From Algicola sp. (GTDB taxonomy: Bacteria; Bacteroidota; Bacteroidia; Flavobacteriales; Flavobacteriaceae): DNA of 32,000 nucleotides. Below, one piece after another: positions 1 to 10,400 of this stretch (positions are counted from its first letter, which is position 1; every line of letters starts with the position of its first letter). The DNA is taken from the NCBI GenBank assembly GCA_018222835.1, contig JAAEZN010000005.1, positions 36,599 through 68,598 on the forward strand. The letters run 5' to 3'. A program made the translations under genes and the position numbers. Under the pieces are notes generated by a model. The model did no database searches, had not been told where the DNA came from, and saw only the letters and a program-made list of their open reading frames with translations.

Positions 1-644
1 TAGGAAATCCAAACGAGCCCTATATTGTAAAACACTGGAGACAGGATTGGTTGTTCGAGAATACCAATCTATATACTTTTAATGCCAACAATAAATGGAC
101 ATACAAACAATTGAGCCCTGCGGAGGTTAAAGGACAGTGGACACAAAAAGTCTATCAAGTAGATGATAGCCCTCGTTACGAAGGCTCATCAACTTGGGTA
201 CATGTGGATGGAAAAAGTTATTGGGAAAATACCACGCCCGCTCCCCTTCCCCGTCGTGAGTACACTACTCGAAGCGATTATAATCTTACCATGCGCGGAA
301 ATCGTCAGGAGATTACGGAATATGGATGGTTGCACGAACAGGACAACGCCAAAATTATCCGCGAAGATGATAAAGAGGATGTTATTTTAGCTAAGGAAAA
401 AGGATACAACACCTATGTAAAGGTTGACGATAGCCGATGTGCAGGAGCCGCCAAATGGTGGAAAAAAAATCAGGAAAAATGGGCCATGGTTCGTACCAAA
501 TGGGATGAGGTTTACAACCGTAACACAAATCTTCAACTGGAAAGTAAAGTGGACAACAAAGTACTATTCAAGTATTTGCTGGATGAAGATACCTATAACG
601 AAAAGGATAAGATCAATGAGATCATCGAAGCATTTGTTAAATAA
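1..644 (+). CDS. Conserved hypothetical protein, C-terminal part (5' end lies outside the window)
   Basis: Frame +3 is open from base 3 (GNPNEPYIVKHWRQDW...) with no stop before the listed TTG at 51, so the ORF enters from the left edge. The stop is TAA at 642-644. The next same-strand gene starts 10 nt later. The sequence is W/Y/K-rich and looks soluble. I cannot name a family motif with confidence. Confidence 0.6.
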   Translation, partial: GNPNEPYIVKHWRQDWLFENTNLYTFNANNKWTYKQLSPAEVKGQWTQKVYQVDDSPRYEGSSTWVHVDGKSYWENTTPAPLPRREYTTRSDYNLTMRGNRQEITEYGWLHEQDNAKIIREDDKEDVILAKEKGYNTYVKVDDSRCAGAAKWWKKNQEKWAMVRTKWDEVYNRNTNLQLESKVDNKVLFKYLLDEDTYNEKDKINEIIEAFVK

Positions 645-654
645 CCATTATCAC

Positions 655-2154
655 ATGAAATCACTAAAGAAAATACTATTGTTTGGCTTGTTTTTGCCCA
701 CTTTTTCCATGGTTGCCCAGAGCAATAATGCATTTCTTGATAGGGCTTTCTGGAAAAATAACCCAGATGTTGAAGCCGTCAAGAACAAAATTAAGGAAGG
801 TAACGATCCTACGGCCCTCAACTCAAATGCCTTTGATGCTGTAGTATATGCACTTTTGGAAAAAGCCGACGATAATGTTATTGCATACTTGCTTTCCTTA
901 GAAGGAAATCCTGTGGACAAAAATACCCACGATAGCCGTATTTATTTGCACTGGGCCGCTTATGCCGGAAAAATTGAGATGGTAAGTTATTTACTGGAAA
1001 AGGGTTCCTCGGTAACTGATCTAGATAGTCATGGATATACTCCTTTGGCTTTTGCCGCCAATTCAGGCCAAAAAAATCCAGAGCTATATAATACTTTTGA
1101 AAAGCATGGAATCAACTTGACCAAAGAAAAAAGTGATCAGGGGGCCAACTTACTTCTATTGGTAGCACCATCATTGAATAGTGAGAAGGAATTAAAATTT
1201 TTTCTAAATAAAGGATTAAAGTTGGATAGTAAAGATGATTCCGGTAACGGCATTTTTAATTACGCGGCCAAAAAAGGAAATACCGATTTTCTTGATTTGC
1301 TCATAAAAAAAGGGGGGGATTATAAAACCCTCAATAAAGAAGGTGCCAATGCCTTTTTGTTTGCCTCGCAAGGCGGGCGTGGGTTCAGCAATCCTCTATC
1401 AGTTTATGAGTACTTGAAAAAACTTGGACTCGACCCAAACATGGTGACCAAAGATGGCTATACTCCTCTTCACCGTTTGGCCTATAATAATACAGACAAG
1501 GCCATTTTCGAATTGTTTCTATCAGCCGGTGCCGACGTAAACCAAAAAGATGCCAACGGCAATACTCCATTCTTAAACGCAGCCGCTCGAAACAACATGG
1601 GGATGGTTAAACTATTGTCCGAAGATGTTTCCGATTTTAATACAGCTAACGCCAATGGACAAACAGCCTTAATGCTTGCCACTGAAAATAACACTCCCGA
1701 AGTGGTGGGTTATTTGCTCGCCAAAGGTGCCGATGCCCTTGTAACGGACAATATGGGAAATTCAATAGCCTATTATTGGGCAGCCTCGTTTAGTGATAAA
1801 GATGCTGAAGCATTTGAGCAGAAAAAAATATTGTTCGAGAAAAAAGGTGTGGTCTTCAATAACGTACAAGCTGATGGTAATACCTTGTACCATTTGGCAG
1901 CAAAGAACAATAATGTGTCCCTTGCCAAAAAATTGGAAGGGTTTGGGATTGACCTGAATGCCAAAAACGATGAAGGACTTACCGCACTACATTTGGCTGC
2001 CATGAAAGCCGAAAATGATGGATTGATGAAATACTTGATATCCATCGGGGCCGATGTAAAAATCAAGACCGACTTTGAAGAAACGGTTTATGACCTGGCC
2101 AGCGAAAATGAACTCTTACAAAAACAAAACATAGGATTAAACTTTTTAAAGTAA
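655..2154 (+). CDS. Secreted ankyrin-repeat protein (about 499 aa)
   Basis: ATG at 655 opens a classic signal peptide (MKSLKKILLFGLFLPTFSMVAQ). About 33-aa ANK units recur with the G-x-TPL/ALH-x-AA signature (GYTPLAFAANSG, GYTPLHRLAYNN, GNTPFLNAAARNN, GQTALMLATENN, GNTLYHLAAKNN, GLTALHLAAMKA). The longer listed ORF from 424 overlaps the preceding gene and is not needed. Confidence 0.9.
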   Translation: MKSLKKILLFGLFLPTFSMVAQSNNAFLDRAFWKNNPDVEAVKNKIKEGNDPTALNSNAFDAVVYALLEKADDNVIAYLLSLEGNPVDKNTHDSRIYLHWAAYAGKIEMVSYLLEKGSSVTDLDSHGYTPLAFAANSGQKNPELYNTFEKHGINLTKEKSDQGANLLLLVAPSLNSEKELKFFLNKGLKLDSKDDSGNGIFNYAAKKGNTDFLDLLIKKGGDYKTLNKEGANAFLFASQGGRGFSNPLSVYEYLKKLGLDPNMVTKDGYTPLHRLAYNNTDKAIFELFLSAGADVNQKDANGNTPFLNAAARNNMGMVKLLSEDVSDFNTANANGQTALMLATENNTPEVVGYLLAKGADALVTDNMGNSIAYYWAASFSDKDAEAFEQKKILFEKKGVVFNNVQADGNTLYHLAAKNNNVSLAKKLEGFGIDLNAKNDEGLTALHLAAMKAENDGLMKYLISIGADVKIKTDFEETVYDLASENELLQKQNIGLNFLK

Positions 2155-2155
2155 G

Positions 2156-2641
2156 ATGAAGAAATTAATGAAGATTGCCCCTGTACTTATGCTTGCAGGA
2201 TTACTTTTTACCGCTTTTGCACCTACCCAGACCAAAACAATAAAATGTCTTATCCAAATGACCAATTATTCTGGTGAAGGAGCCTATTTGGTAGTTTCTC
2301 TCCTAAAACCTGATGGTGAATACGAAGAGACGCTCTATGTACAAGGAAAGGATAGTGAGTGGTATAGCGAAATTCCCGAATGGTGGAAGTTTTATGGTAA
2401 ATATCGTCCGAATATAGATGGCATTTCCGGAGAAACTATTAGCGGCGGGGAACGTACCGTTACCATTTTACAAATACCCGAGGACAAGATCGATAAAGGT
2501 TATAGTATTCGTTTTGAAACTTCTGTTGAAGATCAGGATTACTACATGGACGACATTCAATTTGAGCTTACTTCGGATAACCTGAAAAGCAAAAAAGAAG
2601 GAAAAGGATTTATTCGCTACGTGCGTATGCTTGCTCAGTAA
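2156..2641 (+). CDS. Secreted DUF2271-like protein (possible flavinylation substrate)
   Basis: The start lies 1 nt after the ankyrin stop. It has an N-terminal signal peptide (MKKLMKIAPVLMLAGLLFTAFA). Its size (161 aa) and the YLVVSLL...DGISGET...GGER pattern resemble the DUF2271 pattern I remember (AYVAVW... D-A-V-S/T-G-A-T). It sits immediately upstream of a PepSY-TM gene, which is the usual DUF2271 context. Confidence 0.6.
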   Translation: MKKLMKIAPVLMLAGLLFTAFAPTQTKTIKCLIQMTNYSGEGAYLVVSLLKPDGEYEETLYVQGKDSEWYSEIPEWWKFYGKYRPNIDGISGETISGGERTVTILQIPEDKIDKGYSIRFETSVEDQDYYMDDIQFELTSDNLKSKKEGKGFIRYVRMLAQ

Positions 2642-2650
2642 AAACTATTT

Positions 2651-4855
2651 ATGACCATTTCCATTTGGCGATATAGCCATTTTTTACTGGCTCTGGTTTC
2701 ATCCTTATTTCTTTTGATAGCCTCTGTGACCGGGATTATTTTAGCGGTCGAACCTATCCAGCATCAGGCAAAAGGTTATGCAATCAAGAATTTGGACCAG
2801 ATATCGTTGGCGACCACAATCAACGCCTTAGAGCAGAATTATGATGAAGTATTCTCTGTTGAGGTAGAATCATCCAATTTTGTAAAGGTCTCGGTTCTGA
2901 CCATGGATTTGGAAACGCTCAATATTTACATCGACCCACGAACGGGCGAACAATTGGGTGTGGTCCAAGACCGCTCAAACCTATATAGTTTTGCAACCAA
3001 TCTACACCGCTCTCTGTTCCTAAAAAGCATTGGGCGGTTTTTTGTAGGACTGATTTCGTTCTTGTTGTTGTGTATTGCCATAACGGGGTTGGTACTGCTT
3101 GCTAAGCGACAAGGAGGTATAAGACGATTGTTTACCAAGGTACAAAAGGACTATTTGGAGCTTCGTTTTCATGTAATATTGAGTCGGTGGTTTTTTATTC
3201 CGATCATTATTCTTTCAGTTACTGGTGTATATCTTTCTGCGGAGAAATTCAACCTGCTTCCAGATACATCGGCAGACAATTGGAAAAAGCAGCAAATCGA
3301 ATCCCATACCACATACAAAAGTGTCCTAGCAATTCCTCTTTTCCAGAATACAACCCTGGATAATATTCGAAAAATTGAGTTTCCATTTTCCGAAGACCCG
3401 GAGGAGTTTTATCTAATTGCCTTAAAAAACAGGGAGATTCAGGTAAATCAAGAAACCGGGGAAATAATTGCAAGCGCTTCATATCCATTTGTGAATCTGG
3501 CTTCAAGGTTTAGCTATAAAATGCACACAGGAGAAGGTAGTGTTTGGTGGTCCCTGATTCTATTATTGGCAAGCGCATCCATTTTGTTTTTTATCTATTC
3601 CGGATTTGTGATGTCGGTAAAGCGCATTAAGCGAGGTAAAAAAGACACTGCTCTATCCCAAATGCCGGATAAAGACGAAAGTGAAATCATTATTATGGTC
3701 GGTTCGGAAACTGGAACCACCTACGATTTCGGTGTACAATTGTTCCAATCTTTGAGTTCGGTCGGTAAGAAAGTTTTTCTAAGCGAATTAAACCAATATG
3801 CCACCTATCCAAAGGCAGAGCACATTATTATTTTAACTTCCACTTATGGTGAGGGCGAGTCACCAACAAACGCAAGAAAATTTCTAGCCCGTTTAAAGTC
3901 TGTGCACCAACCGATAAACCTCAACTATGCGGTTGTTGGTTTTGGTTCGATGGAATACCCCGAATATTGCAAATATGCTGTTGAGGTAGATGAAGAACTG
4001 AATCACCTAGAAAGCTTTACTCCCCTACTGCAACTTCAAAAAATCAATAATGCAGAGTTTTCTACTTTCAATACATGGGCGCAAAAGTGGGGTCAAGCCT
4101 CAAAAATTGAATTCTCGCTCCAAGCTCCGCCTAAAAAGCAACAAAAAATTAAATTGCTTTCTTTCGATGTTGTTCATAGATCGGAACTAAATATCGATGA
4201 TACTTTTTTACTTAGGCTACGACCTAAAAAAAGAGTTGACTTTACTTCTGGAGACCTATTGTCCATTTATCCTGAAGATTCCGATGTTGCACGACAATAT
4301 TCCATTGCCAAAATTGAGAAGGAAATTGTTTTAAGCATCAAAAAGCATGAATTCGGGCGCTGCTCCACCTTTCTTTCCAAATTAGAAAAAGGAGCTACAC
4401 TAACGGCAAGCATCGATAAGAATCCACACTTTCATTTTCCAAAGAAAGTAAACTCTGCCATACTTATTTCCAATGGAACAGGTATTGCCCCATTTTTGGG
4501 AATGATACACCAGAGCAATTGTTCCAACATTAATCTGCTTTGGGGTGTTCGTTACTGGACATCTACAATATTGTACAAGGATTATTTAGAAAATCGGATT
4601 GAATGCAACCCGAAAATCAACCATTCTATCGCTTTCTCGAGAGAGGAAAACAAAATGTATGTGCAAGATATGCTTTCCGATCAAAAAGAAATTGTTCTAA
4701 AAGCCATTCAAGAAGATGGTTGCATCATGATCTGTGGGTCACTTGCCATGCAAAAACAAGTGCTCGATGTTCTGGAGTCAATGCTTCAGGAACACACTGA
4801 TTTGGACCTTGACCTACTCAAAAGTAATGGTCAATTAAAAATGGATTGTTACTGA
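2651..4855 (+). CDS. PepSY-associated transmembrane domain fused to flavodoxin-like (FMN) and FNR-like (FAD/NAD(P)H) reductase modules, similar to sulfite reductase flavoprotein (CysJ) or CPR
   Basis: The N-terminal ~330 aa contains four hydrophobic helices with His at helix boundaries (IWRYSHFLL, NLHRSLFL, LRFHVILSRW, YKMHTGEG), typical of PepSY_TM proteins. After the last helix comes a basic stretch (VKRIKRGKKD). A flavodoxin module follows (IIIMVGSETGTTYDFG, ILTSTYGEGESPTNA). The FNR module has RQYSIA (the RxYS FAD motif), SNGTGIAPFLG (NAD(P)H motif), ICGS...M and a C-terminal aromatic residue (..MDCY). Confidence 0.85.
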   Translation: MTISIWRYSHFLLALVSSLFLLIASVTGIILAVEPIQHQAKGYAIKNLDQISLATTINALEQNYDEVFSVEVESSNFVKVSVLTMDLETLNIYIDPRTGEQLGVVQDRSNLYSFATNLHRSLFLKSIGRFFVGLISFLLLCIAITGLVLLAKRQGGIRRLFTKVQKDYLELRFHVILSRWFFIPIIILSVTGVYLSAEKFNLLPDTSADNWKKQQIESHTTYKSVLAIPLFQNTTLDNIRKIEFPFSEDPEEFYLIALKNREIQVNQETGEIIASASYPFVNLASRFSYKMHTGEGSVWWSLILLLASASILFFIYSGFVMSVKRIKRGKKDTALSQMPDKDESEIIIMVGSETGTTYDFGVQLFQSLSSVGKKVFLSELNQYATYPKAEHIIILTSTYGEGESPTNARKFLARLKSVHQPINLNYAVVGFGSMEYPEYCKYAVEVDEELNHLESFTPLLQLQKINNAEFSTFNTWAQKWGQASKIEFSLQAPPKKQQKIKLLSFDVVHRSELNIDDTFLLRLRPKKRVDFTSGDLLSIYPEDSDVARQYSIAKIEKEIVLSIKKHEFGRCSTFLSKLEKGATLTASIDKNPHFHFPKKVNSAILISNGTGIAPFLGMIHQSNCSNINLLWGVRYWTSTILYKDYLENRIECNPKINHSIAFSREENKMYVQDMLSDQKEIVLKAIQEDGCIMICGSLAMQKQVLDVLESMLQEHTDLDLDLLKSNGQLKMDCY

Positions 4856-5025
4856 TAGGATCCTAGTCCCATACAGCCCGTACATTTCCCAACCCTGACA
4901 TTGAACAAGGATTTAGCAAAAAAGAATGTTCATATTAGGTTCTTGAGGTATCTTTACGAAAACTTTTTTCAACCTAAAATTTTCATCAATAAGAGAACCT
5001 GAACCAATACCTTATCTGTTAAAAC

Positions 5026-5661
5026 ATGGTGTACATCGAGGAGACCTTTTACTATGATTACTCCACTCCTGAAATTCAGGACATGGTTGAAAACATTAAA
5101 AACCTGGCTTCAGATCAGGAAAAAATAGAGCAACTGTACCTTAAAGTTAGGGATAGTTGGCGATACAATCCGTATAATATTGGATTAACGCCCGCCCATT
5201 ACAAAGCCAGTGCCATAGCCCAAAAACCTGTTGGGCATTGTATCGATAAAGCTATTCTGTATGTTGCAGGGCTTCGTGCATTGCATATACCTGCAAGGTT
5301 ACGGTTGGCAAAAGTGGCCAATCACATTGCAACAGAGCATTTGGAAGAAACTTTGGGCTCGCACGAAATAGCTCCCCATGGTTTGGTAGATGTGCTTTAT
5401 AATGGTGGTTGGTTCAAATGCTCGCCAGCTTTTAACAAAGAGCTCTGCGAACTCTATAATGTTGCCCCTTTAGAGTTTGATGGTACTGAAGATTCCATTT
5501 TTCAGGAATATAACAGGGACAACAAACAATTTATGGAGTATTTGGAAGATTACGGTCATTTTGAAGATGTTCCTATTGAGTTCATCTTTAAGACCTTTAA
5601 GGATACCTATCCCGAAATCAGCAAAAAAACACAAGGCGCAAAAGAGTTTAAAATCAAGTAA
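5026..5661 (+). CDS. Transglutaminase-like (cysteine-protease fold) family protein
   Basis: An in-frame TAA lies two codons upstream of the ATG. It carries a transglutaminase-core-like Cys motif (VGHCIDKAILYVAGLRALHIPARL) followed by a His/Asp segment (IAPHGLVDVLYNGGW). There is no signal peptide. Confidence 0.7.
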   Translation: MVYIEETFYYDYSTPEIQDMVENIKNLASDQEKIEQLYLKVRDSWRYNPYNIGLTPAHYKASAIAQKPVGHCIDKAILYVAGLRALHIPARLRLAKVANHIATEHLEETLGSHEIAPHGLVDVLYNGGWFKCSPAFNKELCELYNVAPLEFDGTEDSIFQEYNRDNKQFMEYLEDYGHFEDVPIEFIFKTFKDTYPEISKKTQGAKEFKIK

Positions 5662-5785
5662 CTGTAACCAATCACATAAAACAGATAAATCGCTCGCTAT
5701 AATCAGGAGGAACCTTAAAGTTCGAGAATAACCTACAATAGTGAGTTCTATCCATGCTTAGCATCCCCCCCGGTCAATTGTCGCT

Positions 5786-5825
5786 TAAAAAAGAGCACCT
5801 AAGAAATGAATATCTCTTAGGTGCT
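5786..5825 (-). terminator. Rho-independent terminator downstream of the SusD gene
   Basis: A perfect 11-bp stem pairs 5794-5804 (AGCACCTAAGA) with 5815-5825 (TCTTAGGTGCT) around a 10-nt loop. On the minus strand the hairpin is followed by a T-run (plus-strand AAAAAA at 5787-5792). It lies between the convergent genes ending at 5661 (+) and 5863 (-). Confidence 0.75.
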
Positions 5826-5862
5826 AAAACTAAACTCAAAACTGAATTAACTAAACTTATAT

Positions 5863-7413
5863 TTATTCATCAATCAATGGGTTTGCTTGAATTTCTGATA
5901 ATGGCACTGGAAAATAAGAGTGTTCAGCTGCACTAAACCCAGACCTATCGGCAGCTTGCATAGCCTGATCTAACATTCCCCATCGTCTTAAATCAAAAAA
6001 TCGTGTGGATTCCAAGGTAAGTTCCATAATACGTTCATGGATAATTTGGCCCCTCACCTCTTCTTGTGTTGATGCCGTAGTTGGAGGCATTAATCCGTGG
6101 ACTTCCCTTATTTCATTTATAATGGGAATGGCAAGGGCCGTACTACCGGTCTCGTTCAATGCTTCAGCATACATCAAGAGTACATCCGCATAACGCATTA
6201 GGGTAAGGTTTATCCCAATATAACCGTTGTCCCAAACATAATTGGGCAACCATTTCCTAAAATAAGCACTGCCATCTTTGGCATCCGCACTACCATAAGT
6301 ATCGGAAACAAGTACATCCCACGTAAAGCCTTGCATGGCATTGGTTTCGGTATCATTGTAATAATCGTCCTTAAAATAAAGGGTTCCGTACAACCTATTA
6401 TCGTACAACCCGTTCGAGGCAACCATGCCTTCGGTCTTCATTACATCCACCAAATCATAAGAGGCCTCAATACCTCCCCATCCGCCAATACACCAATCGC
6501 CAATAAATGCATGCAGACGGTTGGCATTCCACGAAGTAGCATCGCCACTTTTAAATTGAAGTTCGAAAACCGCTTCTTGATTGTTCTCATTTTCACCGTT
6601 AAAGTTGCCTACAAAATCTGGGAACAAGTCGTAAACACCACTTTCCACAACTTGTTCTAGAGCTGCAACAGCATTATCCATATCCGTACTTTCAGCGGAC
6701 GATGCATCCCCTGCTTTATATAGATAGGCCTTGCCTAAATAAGCTAATGCCGCACCTTTGGTGGCACGTCCCGTATCTGCATCGGCAAAGGTTTCTGGCA
6801 AATTGGATGCCGCTTCTTGAAAATCTTGTAAAACTACCTGCCATGCTTCTGGACGGGTGGATAACGGACTATCCAAATTATCCGGGGTAAGTTCTTCCAT
6901 CCGAACAATGATCTGTTCGTATAGACTAAGTAATTTAAAGTGATAATATCCTCTCAAAAATTTAGCTTCTGCTATAATCCTGGTTTTATCCGCTTCGGAA
7001 ATTTGTTCCGGAGTCATTTGTCCTACTTTGGATATTACCTGATTTGCAAAATTGAGCCCTTTATAGTTGGTGGTCCACAAAACATTCAGAAAAGTATGCC
7101 CGTTCGTGTAATTGAAATTAAAAATGGACATCCAATGGGCGTAGTTTGATGCATCTGGTCCTGGCAGGGCATAATCCGAACGAAAATATTCCACTACGGG
7201 TCTTCCTTCTTGCCATCCATCCCAAAAATTACTTCGCGATTCCAATTCCGAATAGGCTGCCACCAATCCAGATTCAGCATCTTCTACATTTCTCCAGAAT
7301 GATGAAGAGGTCAATTGGTCTGGAGACTCCTGCTCCAAAAATTCATCGTCATCACAGGAAAGTATTGCAAACATGAATATGCTTGCTACAAACATTTGTA
7401 CTATATTTTTCAT
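5863..7413 (-). CDS. susD: SusD/RagB-family nutrient-binding outer-membrane lipoprotein
   Basis: It has a lipoprotein signal with lipobox Cys (MKNIVQMFVASIFMFAILSCDDD). TPR-like SusD signatures are present (AEAKFLRGYYHFKL, AYLGKAYLY, VLLMYAEAL, ERIMELTLESTRFFDLRRWG). It lies 16 nt downstream of a SusC gene. Confidence 0.9.
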   Translation of the reverse strand: MKNIVQMFVASIFMFAILSCDDDEFLEQESPDQLTSSSFWRNVEDAESGLVAAYSELESRSNFWDGWQEGRPVVEYFRSDYALPGPDASNYAHWMSIFNFNYTNGHTFLNVLWTTNYKGLNFANQVISKVGQMTPEQISEADKTRIIAEAKFLRGYYHFKLLSLYEQIIVRMEELTPDNLDSPLSTRPEAWQVVLQDFQEAASNLPETFADADTGRATKGAALAYLGKAYLYKAGDASSAESTDMDNAVAALEQVVESGVYDLFPDFVGNFNGENENNQEAVFELQFKSGDATSWNANRLHAFIGDWCIGGWGGIEASYDLVDVMKTEGMVASNGLYDNRLYGTLYFKDDYYNDTETNAMQGFTWDVLVSDTYGSADAKDGSAYFRKWLPNYVWDNGYIGINLTLMRYADVLLMYAEALNETGSTALAIPIINEIREVHGLMPPTTASTQEEVRGQIIHERIMELTLESTRFFDLRRWGMLDQAMQAADRSGFSAAEHSYFPVPLSEIQANPLIDE

Positions 7414-7429
7414 GTCTTATTTTTTTAGA

Positions 7430-10400
7430 TTAAAATTCCAATTGCATTCCGAAGATGAATGATTTGGTCTTAGGGTATAGATTTAAATCGATACCTCTTG
7501 ATAGTATGCTCTGGTTCTGCCCCGAGATACTTGCACCAACTTCTGGGTCTAGACCGCTGTAGTTAGTGAACGTAAATAAGTTCTGCCCGGTCATGAACAA
7601 CCTTAAACGGTTGATTCCAATCTTCTCCAATGTTGTTCTTGGCAAAGAATACCCCAAAGAAATGGTTTTGATCCTTAAATAATCACCACTCTCCAAGAAC
7701 CTTGTAGATGCACGGTTGTTCCTATTGGGGTCACCGAGTACCGCACGTGGTATATCGGTATTGGTGTTATCCGGTGTCCATGCGTTAAGGGCGGCTTTCC
7801 GGTAATTTCTTCCGGTATCCATACTCATTAAACGAAAATCGTTCCCATTATAAATTTTAGCACCCCCTACTCCTTGGAAGAATACATTTACATCAAAACC
7901 TTTATAGTCTGCACTTAGGTTAAGGCTATATTCAAAATCCGGTATGGCCGAACCTTGATAGACTTCATCATCGGAATTAATGACACCATCCCCATTTTGA
8001 TCTACGAAACGGATATCCCCTGGTGCTGCTTCAGGCTGAATTGGAATACCGCCTACACTGTGGGCATCTATCTCTGCCTGATTCTGGAAGATTCCGTCGG
8101 CCACTGGCAAGAAATAAGCTCCGGGCTCATAACCGATTTTCGTCTGGTTTACAAAATGATCTGAACCAAACAACAACCCAATACCATAAATGGTCTGATC
8201 CTCGTTGCTCAACTTGGTTACTTCACTATTAATAGTGGTAAGTGTAGCAAATGCTGAATAATTAAAGGCGCCATCTTTGTTGGTATAGCCTATCTCAAAC
8301 TCTAGACCACTGTTCTCGAACTCCCCTACATTGACTACCGGATTGTTGACTCCTGCCGCAGGAGACACCACTTTGGTAATCAATAAATCCTCGGTAGAGC
8401 TATTGTAATAATTAACTGCTCCGGTGAGTTTATTGCCCAGCGATGCAAAATCGAGACCTAAATTATATGAAGTGTTGGTTTCCCACTGAAGATCATCGTT
8501 CTGTAACTCTCTGGCAATACTTCCCTGGTATGAGGTCTGCGGATTTCCAAACACGTATCCTCCATCGTCTTGACTTTTCCCTTGGGATATCAATGCAACA
8601 TAATCGTAGTAGCCCAAAGCACTATCGTTACCTGCCTGTCCCCAACTAAATCTAAGCTTTAAAAAATCGAAAGCGTTCTGGTTTTCCATAAAGTTCTCAC
8701 TGGTAAGCTTCCATCCCAAAGCAAAGGATGGGAAAACACCATACTTATTATTGCTTCCAAATTTTGAACTTCCATCCCTACGTACACTGGCTTGGAACAA
8801 GTATTTATCATCAAAAGCATAGTTTACTCTTCCAAATTGCGATGCCAAACTATACTCTGCGTTTGATCCTTGAGAAAAGAAGGTACCATCGTTAAAAGCA
8901 TTGAGAGTCCTAAAGTCCGGATCCAGAATTTCGGCCGGAACACGCTCTTCTACAATTGCACCATCCTCGATTTCCCGTTGGATCTTGTAACCTTCGGCCT
9001 GTGTAAAATTCCATTTGTACGGTTCCGTGATTCTTTGGTAACCGGCCAATAGTTGAAAATCGTGCTTCTCATTAATATTAAAGTCGTACTTTAAAGTATA
9101 TTCTTGGTTGTACCTTTTAAATTCATTATCGTACTCTGATATAAAAGCAAACTCACGACCTTCCTCCTGTGCTGCCCTAACTTGAAATGGCTTGTGGAAC
9201 GCAAATTCAAATGAATCCCTAACAGAATAGGAAAGATTAGCGCCGGCCACTAGACCCTTGAACAACTCGTAGGATACATTTACGGTTCCCAAAAAGTATT
9301 TTGCCTTGCTGTACTGCTCCAAAAACTTATTTTCGCCCACCGGGTTTCTATGATCTGGCAAATCGCCGTCCCTGTATCCATAACCAGAAGGTTTGGTTTC
9401 GTCCAGTACCGGAATCAAAGGTGAAATAAAATACGTTTCCCGTAGCGAAAATTTATAGGGTTCCCTGTAGGTTTCGCTATAGTTTAGATTGGTCTGGATC
9501 TTCAACTTACCTTTGGTGACACCAAAATTTGCGGTAATACCTTTTTTACTGAATCGAGACCCTATAAGTATTCCTTCCTCATCGGCGTAATTTCCTGAAA
9601 TGGAATAATTAAAGAATTCGGAAGCTCCACTGATACGAGCGTTCAACAGATTTAAATACCCCGTTCTATCGGTTTCATCTACCCAATCGGTATTGAAATT
9701 GGGAGGATTGGTTACATAGGTCGGTAACTCTGCTCCGGCATTGGCATACATTTGCTGATGTACTTGGACATATCCATCGGCATCCAACAGTTCCATGATT
9801 TCTCGGGAACTATTTATACTATAGCTTGAATTTATTTCGACCCTTGGTTTTCCTGACTTACCTTTTTTGGTGGTAATGATCACAACACCATTGGCGGCCT
9901 TGGTACCATAAATAGCACCCGAAGCTGCATCTTTAAGTACTTCTATGGATTCAATATTGACGGGATCTAGATAGTAAGGATCTGCCTGTACACCATCAAT
10001 TATATATAGTGGTTGGTTGTTTCCAAAACTTCCCACCCCACGGATAAGAACATCGGAAACAGCACCGGGACTGCCTGAAGAAGAGGTAACGGTTACACCT
10101 GAGACCCGACCTTGTAGTGCATCGGTAGGGTTGGTAACCACCACTTTGTTCAGTTCTTCACTTTTTACCGAGCTAATGGCTCCGGTAACATCGCTTTTCT
10201 TCTGGGTACCATATCCAACAATAACCACTTCATCCAATCCCTGTGCATCTTCTTCAAGGGTTACATTGATCACAGATTGGTTTCCTACAGCGATTTCCTT
10301 GGTAAGAAAACCTAGATAACGGAACACAAGAACGTCTCCTGAACCCGTAGTTTCAATAGTATAGTTACCATCAAAATCGGTTTGCGTACCTGTAGTGGGG

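Noticed and set aside
424-654. The listed ORF 424..2154 has a long N-terminal extension upstream of the ankyrin protein.
   Set aside because: The extension overlaps the 3' end of the preceding CDS (to 644) in another frame and has no protein-like features. A textbook signal peptide begins at the internal ATG at 655, so I start the gene there.
4856-4865. A perfect 10-bp palindrome, TAGGATCCTA (containing GGATCC), lies right after the PepSY-reductase stop codon.
   Set aside because: A palindrome with no loop cannot form a stable terminator hairpin, and no repeat partner exists elsewhere in the window. It is probably chance, or at most a protein-binding site.
5754-5936. A 60-aa plus-strand ORF lies in the gap between the transglutaminase-like gene and SusD.
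   Set aside because: It runs straight through the 11-bp terminator hairpin (5794-5825) and overlaps the SusD 3' end. It has low-complexity sequence and no start context, so it is most likely spurious.
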